From positions 868,001 to 932,000 of the forward strand of contig CM022670.1 of the NCBI GenBank assembly GCA_012295275.1: a stretch of DNA of 64,000 bases, in the 5' to 3' direction. Each line of letters starts with the position of its first letter. Position 1 is the first letter of the stretch. The stretch is from Chrysomallon squamiferum. Lineage: Eukaryota > Animalia > Mollusca. The position numbers and the translations under genes were made by a program. Positions 1-14,999 of the stretch are shown piece by piece. A model generated the notes under the pieces. The model was not told where the DNA came from, made no database searches, and saw nothing but the letters and a program-made list of their open reading frames with translations.

Positions 1-2446
1 TTGTCATAAAACATGTTTTACTGCTTTTTCAACACCTTTTCCTTGTATATCAGAATTTGTAGGAAAATGTAATTAAAAGCTTTATCACATAAATATTACA
101 TAGGAGAAGATAATACAAATACAGGTTTGGTGCAAATCAGCATGTTTGTCTAATCAATCTATCATAACAGCTTCTAAATGTTTTTCTATTTCACAGTAAT
201 GGTTTTCACATATAATTTAATATTAATAGATAAAAATTATTGTTTTCACCTTATTTATTACTTTTAAGACATTAATCTATTTGCTTTATTGTTCTTTTAC
301 ATTATAAAATTTATTTTAATAATCTTTAACGGTATCATAAAGATCTGATTGATCGAGATATAAGACTGATACTTTGTATAATTTTTTGTATCATTTACAT
401 GAATGTGATGGTTAATTATTTCATTAATAACATTGATGTAAATTATGAATTTGATATTTTCCTTAACTCATTTTTCAGACATATGTTTTGTTTTGGACGT
501 ATCCTTTGAAATACTCCTTTTTTGTTGTTATTTTTAAAAATGATTATTATAATTATTTTAATTTTATCAAATGTTTTTTCATAAAACAAACATTTTTTTT
601 TTATTGTAATAAGAATTTGAATTAAATGTAGATATATAATTTTATCACTATACAGTTTTAATGACTCTAACTGTATTTGTGAGGCACATTTGCAGTTCTC
701 TACCTTTAATGTTCCAAATGAACCTTTAAAACCAAAGAAATATAAAAATTCTCACCATATGTAAATGTTGAAAGGTATTTACATTTTATTATTGTTTTAA
801 TTTCAGAATTCTATGACTGTTTTGAAAATTTAATACCATGCATTTTTTTTCTGTAAATATAAAAAATTAAAAACAAAATTCTGTACAGTATTTAAATCAA
901 GGCAGTTAGAGCATTTTATTTTGCACCAAAAATATTAAATGCATCATCAGTTTTTCATTTCAGAAAGTGTTTACCTTAATCATTTAAAGATTTTTATATG
1001 GAATGGTTCATGTCTACTAGGAGCTATACTGGAACATGCTGGTCAAGTCATTGTTTGTTCTCATTTCAAATCAACTTTCATTGTTCTGTGTAAATATTTA
1101 ATAAAATATTAATTACATTGTACAATCTTCTTGTTTCTTGGCCATAAAATATTAATTAATTTTTAAGCAAGTTAATTTTTTTTTAACAATATTAATTTGA
1201 AAATATTTAGTTTACTTATTTAAGAAAAAAACACCTATATTTTGTAAGGTGTGCAAGAGAGGAAAACTGTTTCATCTAAAAGTTCATAATTAACTAATTC
1301 ATTGTTTATATTTATTTTTCAATACACCATCTTTGATACATCATGAAGACACCATAAAAAGAACTGATCAGGTGATTCCTGGGCAGTGTTTTCATAATAC
1401 ATCGGTTTGTTTTTCAGTATAGAAATTGATTTAAAAAAATAATGAAAACAGATTATCAAAATAAATGTAATTTATTGAAAAAAACAAGAATAATTATCAC
1501 AGGTGTCAGCACAGCTGAATGGCACATCAAGAAACTGATGAAAAAACTAAACTTAAAAATATGTTTTTTAACTATAAATGAAATGTTTACAAAATTCAAG
1601 ATTCACAATTGTTTCCAAAATAAATATTAATATTGATATTGTTGAACAAAGGCATATTCTTGTTTATTTATAAATATATATATATTTTTTTAACTTTATT
1701 CCTTTATCACATAAAAGAAGATTTCAAAAAGTTCTACATAAATAACAACACCACCACCAAACTATCAAACAAAAATACAATCAAAACTTTTAAGAGAAAA
1801 TAAACTGTATAAAGTCAAAAACAGAATTGTAATCAAATAAATTAACATTTTTACAATAATCAACAAAAGCAATACCCAATAATAAATATTTATTAAAGAA
1901 ACCACCATTAAAGGTTACATGCAAATATAAATGAAGTATTTTAAAAATAAATATATATATATATGTATATTTATAGAAAGTTTATGGTAAGAAAAAACTA
2001 CAATGTCATTTGAGATTTTTAACCTGTTACAAATTGTACATTTTTGCTTTATTTACTTTTTGTTTTTTATTTATTTAACTATCACCTTATTTCTTGGTTC
2101 AGTTTACAGAAGATGATTTAATATCTTAAATACCTGAAAGTAATGCAGAAAAAGGAAAAAAAAAAACACAAAAACTCATTTTAATCAAATCAAATCTAGA
2201 ATAGGATATTGTGATTTTAATGAATAAATCCAGTAAAAAATCATGTTAAAATTCTTTAAAAAAAGAAAAAGAAAAAAAAAAAGAAAGTTGGATCATCTGC
2301 AATCATGTAACAATTCTTCAATTTGGCTTTCATGCAATTATTTCTGAAATGTTACTTTCGACACTATTTAAAAACTGTAATATTAACTAGAAAAATATAA
2401 AACAGAAATACCAGTAACATCTAACTGCCTGACAACATGAAACATA

Positions 2447-2490
<44 letters not shown>

Positions 2491-3370
2491 TATACAGAGA
2501 TAAGTTAAAAACAAAATTCAAAAATTCAAACAGTACATCATTCTTTAATCATGACAAACTGCAGAAAAGTACTGGTCCTTATACTGTCTGTATAAAATTA
2601 TCATGTACATAACTTTATCTTTTCTTTTTTCTTTTGTAAGTGAATTTTGTAAATATTCTGCAATTGTGTGTAACTTCATAGCAAAACCAAACTCCATTAC
2701 ATAATTGTTTTAGGAACCATCTGTTGTGTATCCCTATCCCCCTTTAAACCCCCCCCAACAACAATTAATAACCTAACTTTAATAAGCATAAAAATCAAAT
2801 ATTAAAAATTTAATGAAAAAATTAATATTGGTTTAATTCCAATACAGTATGACCATATTAGTATGTACAATTTATTTATTTAATAAATATTAAAGCAACT
2901 TCACTGAAATTTATTTAAAAAAAAAAAAAAAAAAAAATCAAGAAGTAAAAAGATAGACAAAACTAACAGCTCAGAAAATGTTATTTAACAATTTTCAGAG
3001 GTTCTTTATTTTAAAATACATATTACTGAAGTAGGGAGTGTAAACTTGTAATACTGATAAAGAAAGATTCAGCTGCATTGTTTTAATTGTTCAGATCTAT
3101 TACGCGTGAAGAATTTTTGTATTCTGGATTAAACTGGTTCGTTCATTAATTTTCAAATGCTAACATGAAAATAAAATTAATTACTTAAATAGAAATTTCT
3201 CTGAACTTTTTTTTTTTTTATATTTTTTTTATGCAATTATGTATAAATAATTAAATAACTTTAATAAAGTCCACTCAATAAGTCTAAGTGTAACATTTCT
3301 TTCTCTATGAAACAAAATATATATATCAGATACTGTCAAAATGATTAGATCATCTATTTCCTTTGTTCTG

Positions 3371-6300
3371 TTATGATGACACTTCAGTTTTGGATAGGAT
3401 GTTGTCTGTTTTAGGCAACATTGCCTCAGTTTCACTGAACCTATAATAAAAAATAAAAAAAATAATTATTAATTAAACAACCTCTATCAGTGATTTAGGC
3501 AGGGATGTCTGATCAGCACAAATCTTAGCAAAAGATGATTAGGTGGAACCAGAAATCATCAGGATGGACTATACTAGATAGATTAGAGAGTAAATGTGTC
3601 AGGTATTTATACGATGGAAATGCAACCATATATGACTTTAATTCAGTTAAAAAGCCACAAATCACATGAACAGATACACCAGCCTACTTAGATGTTACAT
3701 TGGACAAAAGGCTCTGATGGACATCACAAATTAAAAAAAATGGAAAATAAGGCAACAAAACTATGGCTGTGGTAAAGTTATGGCACAAAGTGAGAGTTAA
3801 TTGTAGACTATACAGTATGAATTGAGCAACAAAAGCTAACACAGCAAGACTAGCAAAAAACAGCCTCCACTTAAAACAGCCCCAGTCTCTAAAATGGAAA
3901 ACATTAAAAGATAAAATACACATGATGAAAGATGGGAAGAAAAATTCCTTTGATTCATTATGTTAAAATATGTTTGCTTCAGTATTATGTTCTTATATCA
4001 GACTGCTTACTTAATTTAATATTTATTTAAAAACCACAGATGAGTAACATTTATAAAATACAATAATCAAGAAACTTAATTAGGTGAATGATGTCACCAT
4101 TTAATACAAAATATTTAATATACCACATTGCCACATTTAGTAAGGTTGGAAATATGATTTATTACTATTTTTCAAGATAATATGCCTGAGTTATTTAGTT
4201 TATGATTGTTTTGTAATGTATATGAATACTGATTGTGTGTATTACTATTATTTAGTGTATGAACCAAATACTCAAAATTACATGTGTAAACAATGTTGAA
4301 CATCAAAAAGTAAATAAATTACAACATGCAAACAGATGAATGCCATTATGGCACAAACATAATTAACTACATATTCTAGCATAACTAACATGCTACAATT
4401 ATTTTAGATAAAATGTTGGAGTTATTTAATAAAATATATTAATGTAACTATTTTATAATATAATTAAAGACAATCCACACTGATGATTAATTCCAGACTG
4501 TCATTTGCTTGTTTTTGATTGTCTTAGTTCTTAGATCAAATACCGACCAGAAATGGGATACTTATAGTTCTTGGCCTTTTGTTTTCATTTTGCCAGAAAG
4601 ACCATAGCAAGCGTGCTTGGTGTGATACCAACTGTGAAGTAAAGTAATTGTGAGTACAATATTGTGTTTCATTCCTATGCTGACTGGAGAGGAGATATGT
4701 GTGACTTGCTAACCATATCATAGCGGTTATACCTAAAAGCAAGGACATCTGGGGCATCATTACTGCTGACAATGCAACCAGAGATCTGTTAGTCACAGTA
4801 GGTATTGCATCATCCCTGAATGATTCCCCTGATCATACACCACTCTTTCATTGTGGACACCCTCTTGCAGTATGTTGAGATAGTGTTGAGTCCCATCTAC
4901 TCAGTTTGGTACAACACTACCATAAAATCAAGTGAGAAAACTTTAAAAATTAAATTAGAAAACCAAACTGCGCCAATTCGACACCCACAACTTAAAGTTC
5001 ACTGTTCATTACCGTGACCAGCTGGAGGTCTGTTTCCAAAGTGACAAGCCAGGGCACCAAAGAAGTGAATGTAACCTGATGCCAGCTTTCACTTTTGCGC
5101 TGGCCACCCCAACTGCACCTCAAAGCAGTGCAAAGATTAGAGACAGAAAAGAAGGCAGTAGAATCAGACTTGAGACATAATGATAATAACCAGTTCACAA
5201 ATTCATGACCCACACATCCCTCGTCTACCCCTGTTGCCATCGCTGTCAAAACCAAAACCTGGTTATGATATGTTGTGTTCTTTTGTGTGTTCCAGCTATG
5301 TGCATATTCATGTGTCATGGACAGTTATCAACAAATTCTGTATAAACCTCCCCATGACAGTTTGACTGTAGCACACAACATGAACACTTATGTAGAGAAA
5401 GACTGAATTTAGTCAGACATATGGGACGAACAACCTTTTGGTTTTTGCTGGTTGTTCAACCAGAACAGCATTTTTTTGGCCAAATAAAAGACTTTCAAGA
5501 CAACTTTCCGCGACTGTTATTAAAGACATTAATGAATGATGAACCCTTTGATGGTGACTCAGATGCCATCTTTTGTATCTATGTTGGTGATGAGAACAAA
5601 GACATACACAAATTTATTATTACAAACTTACAAAGAAGCATTGTTTAATATCCAATGGGAAACTACTTTCAATGAAAGCATAAATTGAAAAAATGTTTGG
5701 CAGACATGAAATTTTGGCTTAATAATTTTTATTTTATATATAAAATGACATGTTGTTGGTGTCAGAAAACATCTTTTTGACTGGAAGACTGAGCCCATTC
5801 CACAGTGCCTAGTGTGTGAGGGGTGGTTCGGTATGGACTCAGCCTTGCAACGTTTTATTTTCTCTGCAGGTAAAACTAAATCATTTATTTAACGCATTGA
5901 ATCCATTTTCAAAAAATGTTTTTGCATCAAATTCAAATCAAATCCAAATAAAATGAATTTTGGAATTAAGCAAAAACCTGGGAATTATGCATCAAATTCT
6001 CTGGAGTAAAGTGATATGGATAATTTGGACTACACAAACATTATTAGAGGGAGATAAGCCTTGTAATGAAATGGCACTTTTTAAACAGTTTATTCTAGGG
6101 TTGAAATTGAATATTTTGCTGCATTGGAACAGGCCAACACTGGTGACATTACATACCAGTTATGAAAATTAGTGGAAAAAATGCACAAAATGTAGAAAAA
6201 CTAGGCCTGGACCTTCCAGCTTCAATAGCCAGGTCCACAGGCCAGGTTAGCATTTTTAAACATGCATGAATATATCTTTTATAATGAAACATGCACATAT

Positions 6301-9300
6301 ACTTTTAACATTCAAGGTGAACGTGGTCAACTGTAAACTGGTTATTCACAAATAAATGCGGCAACCAGTGAATTGTCCAGTAGTGCCTGAAGAGTAAAAA
6401 AAAAAAAAAAAAAAGTTTGCACTCTTATGAGGCAAAGAGGAGAAAAAAAAAAAAAAAAAAAAACCCTAAATATCAAAATTTAAAATAATAAATGTAGAAA
6501 TATCTTCCATAAAAATAAATAACTAATTTTGGGGTTTTAATTTTCTCCCAAAAGGGAGTGGGCCATTCCCGGAAGTACTGCAATACCGGGTCAACCCGTG
6601 GCAAAGGCGGAGCAAGCCCCTGACACTTCGCCTAGTTCCAAAAATCAGTTTAATATCGATGTCCCCCAATGGGGGACGTATCAGATATTAAGCTGATAAG
6701 AACAGATACTACACTTTGATCTTAGCCAAAAGGCCGAGAAGCGATAACATACAAATTATAGGGCACAATAGTTAAACTCTGGACAGGCCAAGTCAAGAGT
6801 GGTGTGTCAAATCTAGACCATTCTCAAAATAGAAATAATCCGTGAAAGAATTCAGTTTCAAATAGGCTCATAGTATCATCTAAATAAAAACGTATATTTT
6901 GTTGGTGCTGGTTAAAGAATAAAATAAACTACAATTACGTATTTGCAATTAGAAATACTGTATCCTTTCTGTTATATTTAGACCAAATGGTTGGGAAAAG
7001 TCTATTCAAACTGAGGCATATTTTAACGATAGCCATTGTAAGCAAGTTAAACAATTCAAATGATAAAAATGTTTATTAAATATTAAATAATATGATAAAA
7101 TGTATAATAAAAAAAAAGAAATTACAGATGTTGTGAAAAATATGTTATTAAAACAAACATCAACACAAACCTGGATGACTGTTAATTAAGAAACATTATG
7201 TGAAAACTAGTTGACTGCTCTAAAACTGTGTGTATGTGTACTAGTTTTCTTCTACAGTTATTGTAATTCAGTTTCAAGTACCATCAAAATGATTGACTGG
7301 ATAAAAGAAGGTGGTGATGTTCCTTAGTTTAATTCTCTTGATTTATGCACATTGTGAGTTGGAACATTTTGGATTATAATTATCCATCTACAAGGTGATA
7401 TATTCAGTATTAATAACAATTTTTATTATATTTTACAAATTTTCATGTTTATTTTGCATTGATTAAACAGTCATTTTGATTCTTAATAACCGTTTTCTAG
7501 AGCCATTTTATGTGCAAAAGATACATACATGGTGCTTTTCCCGTATCAAAACAATGGACCACTACTACTAGTTCTCATCACCCTTAACGAATATGCTGAA
7601 TGGACAATTAAGACGAACCTTGTGTCAATGGTGTTTACAGAGGTTGCTCTAAAACAACAATCACCAACTGGTATGGTGATCACTTTGAAAAATAAGAAGA
7701 ACTCCCATGTTGACTGGAGTATTTTAGTATCATAAGACTAATTAATAGCCACTGGATTGTGAACTGTTTTGACTGCATTAAGAAAAGCAAGGCCTGACAA
7801 GTGCACCTTCCCCAGAATCAATGTGCTCACTTGAGTGGAAAAAAACAGAATTTGTTGATTCTTACTAACTAATTCTTTTTAATGTAATGCTTTATATGTT
7901 ATGTAAATTAAACTCTTGTTCACAGGTTCATATAGTTCTCCACTGGCCTATTTATCAAACTTAATTATGATGTCAGATTAATGATGCCAATGACATAAAC
8001 ACATTTATCACATTAGTTTAATTTGCACACTAATTCTGTGTTTTACAGATTAGATTTCAAACACTTGAAAAACAAAAACTGGAAGACATTTTAGTAAAAT
8101 AAAATTCATAATTTCAATCACAAATAAATGAAAAATTAAACTTGCATTTGTTGGATTCTGTTAATCTTCTCCAATGTGGATGGATCTACTGGTATGTCAC
8201 TTTCATTATGGTTCATTGCTTTGCGTGGAATCTTTGAACAACTTGTTGGAGTACTGGTTCTTCCTTGCTCGCAACTGCTTTGAGTCATCAACACACAGTC
8301 AGGACTTGCCATGGAAATCATCTGGCTGCAGGACTTTTCAAAAGGTTTTATTGGTGAAAATACCTTTCCAATGCTATCAGCTTCTGATAACGACCGTATT
8401 TTGGCTTCAGCTTGTCTAGCCATTCTTTGCACCTTGGATTCTGAGAACAAATAAATGTAATATTAAAATGACTATAAACACTAACTGTGCTGCTATTAAC
8501 CATACCTATGTGGTGCCCATTGAGGTGGAATTTAACAAATCAGAAAAATGTAGGCCCTGGCAGACTAGTATTTAATGAATACTTTTTGTTTTGTTTTTTG
8601 CTATGATATATTATGGGAACATATTCTATGATACAACTCTTTAATTTAACTATATAATATAAATATGCCTATACACATATACCTAAGTGTGTACGTATGT
8701 ATTTTAAAGATATGAATTTTTTTTTTTTTTTTTTTTAAATATTTGCTACTTTATTTTTGAAAGAGATATGTATCCATATTAAAGGTTAAAAAAAGAAACA
8801 AAGGAGGAACTGGGGTATCACAACATGTGTTTTATATTTTACTGTGCAATCATTTTTATTTTTTTATTTATTTTTTAAACATTTCAATTAGACAATGTGA
8901 AATGTATTGAAGGAGATAAAAACAACAAATCACTGTGACTCAAACCTCCTATGCTGTTATCACCTTTATTATTAGTAAAGAATGTAAAAATATATAGGTA
9001 TTAATTTAATATAAGTGTTCAGAGGTTATGATGTAAAACTCACCTCCATTGACTACTCCTTCCACACTGATCACTGATCCACTGAGAGAGTCATTCTGCA
9101 GTGTGTCTGTTGGAACTGCTGGTGTAGAGTTTTTGTTGAGATAATTGGGTGACTTGTTAGGCATGGTGTCATTCTGCTGCTGTTGTTGCTGCTGCTGAAA
9201 TATCAGGGAAAGCAGATTTTCATAGACTAACAAAAGCATAATTATATATTATTTGCCAAAAATAAAACAATAATTGTTTCAAGTAATTTATTTTTTATGA

Positions 9301-12300
9301 AAATTAACCACTGTAAAAGCTAAAAAAAAAAAATAATAATAAATTTTAAGAATGGGTATACTGAGATACCCTTTTTGTGATCCTGATTTCCTGAAATCAA
9401 CATATTTTGAACCTGTCAATCAATATTAAAAATACACATTTATATCTAGTATTAAGAAAAGACTGTAAAAAAGTAAAATTCAATAATTAAGTTTTAATAT
9501 TTTAGAGACAATTAAAAATTTTCTTACAGCATTAATGATAAAATTATATTAAAGTTTTTTTTATGTTAACAACAATAACAAAGAATGAAATGGTTAAGCC
9601 TTAACTGAACAGTATGTTTATTTTAATGGTCAAATAGTCTGGTTCTAACAATATGAAAGCAAGTTATTTTAATTACACCAAGAAGATTATGTTCTGATAC
9701 TCTGCTCTTTATAATAATTTAATCATTTCAGTAACAAAGGTTTGGTATGCAGTATATTTTTAGAAACAAAAAAAGAAGTATTACACAATCCAGTTATTTT
9801 TCAAGTAAAAACCGAGATGAAAGAAATAGACATATGAAAGTTGAATAAAAAAAACAGAGTGGAATTCATGATTAGTGATTAATTTGACAATCTGAAAGGT
9901 GACTTACTATATTAATGTCTGCTTTCAAAAGAGCCACCTCATTCTGCAGTAGTATCAGCTGATGTCTGGTTGCCTGACAACCAGTGCAAACTGGTGGTTG
10001 CTGAGTCTGGCCCTCCAGAAACTCAATTCGATGTTTAAGTTCATCAACTGTCTGAAGACAAAGAAGAAGAAATAGTTAATGACAACTCAGCCTATTTTTA
10101 ATAATACCATAAAAATGGCAATAATATATAATAATATACTTTAATAAAACAAATTATTTTAAATGATATTACTTAAGGGAAATTTTTAGAAGTTCTTGAA
10201 ACATTTACAATATTAGAATAATTTACAGAATAAACATTCTGACCCAGATTTATGAACTTTACTAAATAATATACACATATTATAAAACACAGTCTTGAAT
10301 TATAACATCTATAGCATTGTTGTTTTCAGTCATACATTCCACTACATTTTAAGAAAATAAAACTGCAGTTCAGCACAACCTTAAGAACTGTTTCCATCTG
10401 AGCTTTAAGTACTTCTGTTTCATCAATGTGTTGGACTGATTTACTCGGTGTTGATGCTATAATGTCCACCATCTCAATTTGTGACTCGTTGTTCAGTGCT
10501 GCAGCTAAGCGTTCATCTGAAACAGTTAAAAAACAGGTAACACAAATTTACATTAGCAATAAACGCAAAAGTTAATTATGAAATATTAAAGATTAATTTT
10601 AATCAGCTAAAACAAAAATAAGATTTTAATATTCTAAATTCAAGTTTCTTAACCATATCTGAATGGTGTAATTTTGTAGATTTAGTTTCTTCAGGTCAAA
10701 ATAACTGAAGACTCAATTTATAAAAATCAAAAAATATCAATAATCTTTTCTTTTTGTGTTTGTGTGTGTGTGTGTCATCTGCAACAGAATAAATACAGAA
10801 ACCAATAAGCATTTGCTGTATAATATAATTAAAACTGCAAACTGTTAGTGCATACCCATACATTAGCATTCATATAAAGGATTCTTAGCTACAAATAAGG
10901 TAATTTAGGTAAGAGAACAGACCTTCAGGTGTGTCATCCACTACTGCATTAGAGCTGGTATTCTTCACTGCAGGTATCCAAGCTTGTTTAGGATTTGTTT
11001 TCTGACTGTCAGTACCATTGATCCAGTTGTCTGAGGATTTCAGAAGCCAGCATTAAGGAGTGGTGACTTCCAGAAGCTCTCATGTGAGCTCTTGAAGAGC
11101 GAGGTTGACTGGATCGTACTGAACCACCTATAGACATTCGATTTGATTTGTTCTCTGGAAGTAAAAAAAAAAAAAAAAATGAGTATATTCTAAAAAGTAA
11201 ACAGCAAACAAAAAAAACAAAAAAATTCCACCATACCAAAATCTATGAATTCTGCTTTGTTTACCAGATACTATGACATTTTGTATAATTAATGATTAAA
11301 TGTTTTTTCAAAATGATACATAAACTGAACAATTTTAAAAAATAAATACGATTAAAAAACATTTAATTAAAATCTTTTCCAAGAGTGAAACTTAAACTAT
11401 AAAACATCTTACTTGGAACATTTGAATCTTTGTTTTCTGCTGTTTTTGGTTTTGGTGGCTGCAAACAATTAAAAAACAACAACAGGTTACTATTTCATAA
11501 AAAATATTATATAAAACTATGAAAATTCGCAAGTTCTAACAATGTAATTTAAATAAATGTGCATATTTTTCATCATACTGTACTTATTTTCTTTCAGAAA
11601 TGTAGCCATATTTAAAAAGGATTACAAAATATCATTGATTTTCATTCATTTTAGCTTCATGTGTTATTTGGTTACATGTATTTCCATTAATTTAAAAATG
11701 TGAGAAAACTTCACATGAACTTAGTAAATATGTATGTGCAGAATGCTTGAAGTAGTGGTTAAATAAAAGAAATTTAACTATGGTGTTCAGTGGGTAAAAT
11801 GTTCACAAAAGCAATCAAAATAAAATAGTTCAGTTTCAGGTGTGATATGCTCAATGTTTTTTAAAGATGTTCAATTTTCCTGTGACATATTCATTAAAGC
11901 AATTCAAGAAAAAGATTTTCTGTCTGCATGTTCACTAAAACAGTTGTAAATAAAATGTTGAGACTGCTTGTCCGAAAGCTCACTAAAGTGGTTTAAATTC
12001 TGTAAACTGCTAATTAAGAAGAAAAACTAACAAGTCTCGCTGTTGCCAATCTGGTAATGTTATCCAGTGAAGAACCAACTCTCATCTTTGTCTGTTTGAT
12101 GTTGTTCATCTTCCTGCTTCTTGTACGAACAAGCTGTATGATCTTTGTACACATGATAATCTTTTGTTCTACAAAACTGGCTGCCGAAAAGAACTGTTCC
12201 TTGGAAAGTGGGGGCTTGTAGTTGAATATATCTCTAAGTACCTGTTAAAAATTACACAAATGACATTTAATAAAAACTGACTAAATGTTAGAAAAATGAA

Positions 12301-13179
12301 GATATGTTTCTATAAAATGAGCTTTCAGATTAGTTTGTGTTTGATAATTCTTACACATTCAGGGAGTAATATTTGTAAGAAATGTTGACAGATCACCAAT
12401 ATTTAAAATAATATGTACAAAAAATTCACCATATAAATATATGGATTCAAGACTATATGAATAATTAACTCTAGTAACATTTTAGTATCAATAATTATAT
12501 TAGAAATAATGTTTTTAATCTGATCATTAGTGGTATACTTGTTAGAATCAGAAATTATATCTGTATTAACCTGATCTGAAACCTTAGAAGATAATTAGAA
12601 CTAAAATAAAAAATAAAACTTTAAGGAAAAAAAAGCAGCAAAGTAACATAAGAGAATTGTACAAAAAAACTAATGACAGGTAAATATATATATTAGTGTT
12701 TTTTTTAGAATAAAATTACTTTATAAATGCCTTCCATGAATCTAAAATCAGCTTTTCCATACAACTCAATATTCTTTTCCACCAGCTCCTTTGCAAAATC
12801 AGCATCGTAACTTGTGAAAGCAAAATGATAAAAAGGCAGAAAAGCAGCAGGACAGCCCTTTGATAAACTGAAATACGAAATTAAAGTTAAATAACCAAGT
12901 TTTTCAAACACTAAACTTAATCAAAATCATTAAATTAAATTCATAAAATTAATAAATCACCATTGTATAATTTGATAAAATATATAAGCTTGGATCAAAC
13001 TTGTAAGAATAAATCACCTTCAAACAATTTATGATGGTGTGACATTTTAAACAGTACATTTTCAAACATAAGTTCATCACACACACTTACCCTGCTATGT
13101 CAATGGTATCAGGATATTTTATTAGTTTTAATTCTGTCTGTAGATTCTTCAAGTTGTTCCTCAAATCACCTGTTGCCAT
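3371..13179 (-). CDS. CEP44: Centrosomal protein of 44 kDa, 10 coding exons: 13179-13091, 12867-12720, 12241-12032, 11458-11413, 11154(or 11030)-10923, 10516-10380, 10051-9908, 9194-9044, 8440-8146, 3440-3371
   Basis: Spliced N-terminus MATGDLRNNLKNLQTELKLIKYPDTIDIAGLSKGCPAAFLPFYHFAFTSY...IELYGKADFRFMEGIYKVLRDIFNYKPPLSKEQFF matches the CEP44 N-terminal domain as I recall it (human MATGDLKRSLRNLEQ...YKLLRDQFNYKPILTKKQF). The C-terminus KINRIQQM|FSETEAML matches the CEP44 tail. Phases are consistent except for one extra base in the fifth coding exon. Confidence 0.92.
6555..6745 (-). ncRNA. U2: U2 spliceosomal snRNA gene, intronic in CEP44, same strand
   Basis: Reverse complement begins ATCGCTTCTCGGCCTTTTGGCTAAGATCAAAGTGTAGTATCTGTTCTTATCAG (branch-point pairing GTAGTA). 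It has Sm site GATTTTTGG and stem-loop IV loop TATTGCAGT; ~190 nt. Confidence 0.98.
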
Positions 13180-14035
13180 TTTATTCTGAAACAAGTTTAC
13201 AAAACACATCTTTATTATTACTCATTTTTAATTTAATTTTGTTTTTCATCAAATATTTATGAAATTATCCAGTTTGTCCTCATAGAAATCCAGTTATCCA
13301 AACTATAAAAAATAAGCATATACAAATATACAGATGTTAAAGCGATATAATAATAATAATAATAACAATAATAATTTAATGAAAGAAAGAAAATAAAAAT
13401 AATATACTTCTATTCTTTTATATTTGAAGAAAATGCTTATTGCCTATTTTATTCTAAATGTTTATCAGTCAAGTCAAACACAAAGGTTACAGTATTTTCC
13501 TTATTATTATCATTATTATTATTTCAGTTTTGAATTAGAAACAAACTGTGGTGAAACAATCAAAAGCACTGAAGTATAGAATTTAAAAATGCTAACTATA
13601 TACAATGTTAAAAACTTCTGTTCGATATTAGATGATGGTCGGATATGAACAAAATCAAAATATATGGAAAATCCGTTACCATGGACACGTCTAAACAGAG
13701 ACTTTTTTAAAAATAAGAAGTAAAACTCGCAGTCGTTATAAATATTCATAATTTGAAGCATCATTCAATATTACAAATTCTACAGATTAGATTTCATGCA
13801 GTAATTTTAACAGTCAACAGGCAGGCACATGAAAATATTGTTTTATCACGAATAAACACACACATTTCTTATTTTAACTTCTACCGAGATTTAACACTTG
13901 TAAAAAAAAAAAATTCTGGTAACAGTAGAACTTAGCTCTAGGCCTCGATAACACCATTTTTTCTAAGAAGTTTGTTTTGATTTGTGCCTTTAGCTGCAAC
14001 AAAGATATGAAGAATAATTACGGAACAGTAATACC

Positions 14036-14125
14036 TAGCCTTCGGAAACTGCGACAAAATAAAACCTGCAGGTGCTTTGAAAATGGCGGTTATCAGCGCC
14101 CTCTGCGATGAATCACATGACCTGC
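14036..14125 (-). promoter_or_regulatory. Probable CEP44 promoter / non-coding first exon
   Basis: GC-richer island with a YY1-type motif (AAAATGGCGG on +, CCGCCATTTT on -) followed on the minus strand by a GT donor (GGCTAG|GTATTA, ~14035), upstream of the ATG-bearing exon. Confidence 0.55.
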
Positions 14126-14959
14126 AACTAAACTCTCTTGTTTTTAGAAGTAATGTACCCCTGTCGGCAAAGTGCAGCGACTCGACAACTATTATTTTTA
14201 TAATATAATTAAAATGTATGTAAGTAAAGAAAATAATAAGTGATTTTAAGCATATATAGACACATGAATAATTATGGAGTTCAAAATAAAGCTATATGAA
14301 ATAAACTGGAACAAAAACCTAATTATTCATTCAGCTCAAAATTAGATTGTGCTAAAATAATTAATATATTTGTCGTCCGATAATTTCATAATATGGTATA
14401 GACAAAACAAAAGAAAAAAAGAATATAAATAAATAAATTAATTAATTAAAGAAGAAGAAGAAGAAGAAATTTCATCAATATTTATTTATTTAAAAACATA
14501 AATTTCTTGACTTGTGTTCTGTACATATTTAATGTTAATCGTAATACGCTGTAAAATGTGTTTTTTATAAATACGATTAAAATCATGTTCCTACTTGAAC
14601 GACAGATAAAGGCTTATCGTTAGCGATTGTTTTTATCATTAACGAAAAGGACAGTTATAAAAAATACCTCCAATCTTACCTGGTTGGAACGGAAACTAGA
14701 TCAGTGGGTGCCAAGAAGAAGATGAATCTATTTACTTTTCACGAAATATTTCAGTAAAATATTTTATTCGTGTTTTATGCGCCTTAGTAGTTAAATTTTG
14801 ATGTTAATGCCACTTTTAGATCAACAAGTCATTTTAAATCTTGGTGTCCACTACTGGGAGGAAAAAAAATACAGGCCAGAAGTAAACATGTTTTTCTAAT
14901 ACGATATGTTGACAAGGAAATACACTCATTTAATTGTTTTATTTTATTTTATTTTCAAC

Positions 14960-14999
<40 letters not shown>

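Noticed and set aside
1-3370. Short ORFs and possible genes
   Set aside because: AT-rich UTR or intergenic DNA with no coding signature.
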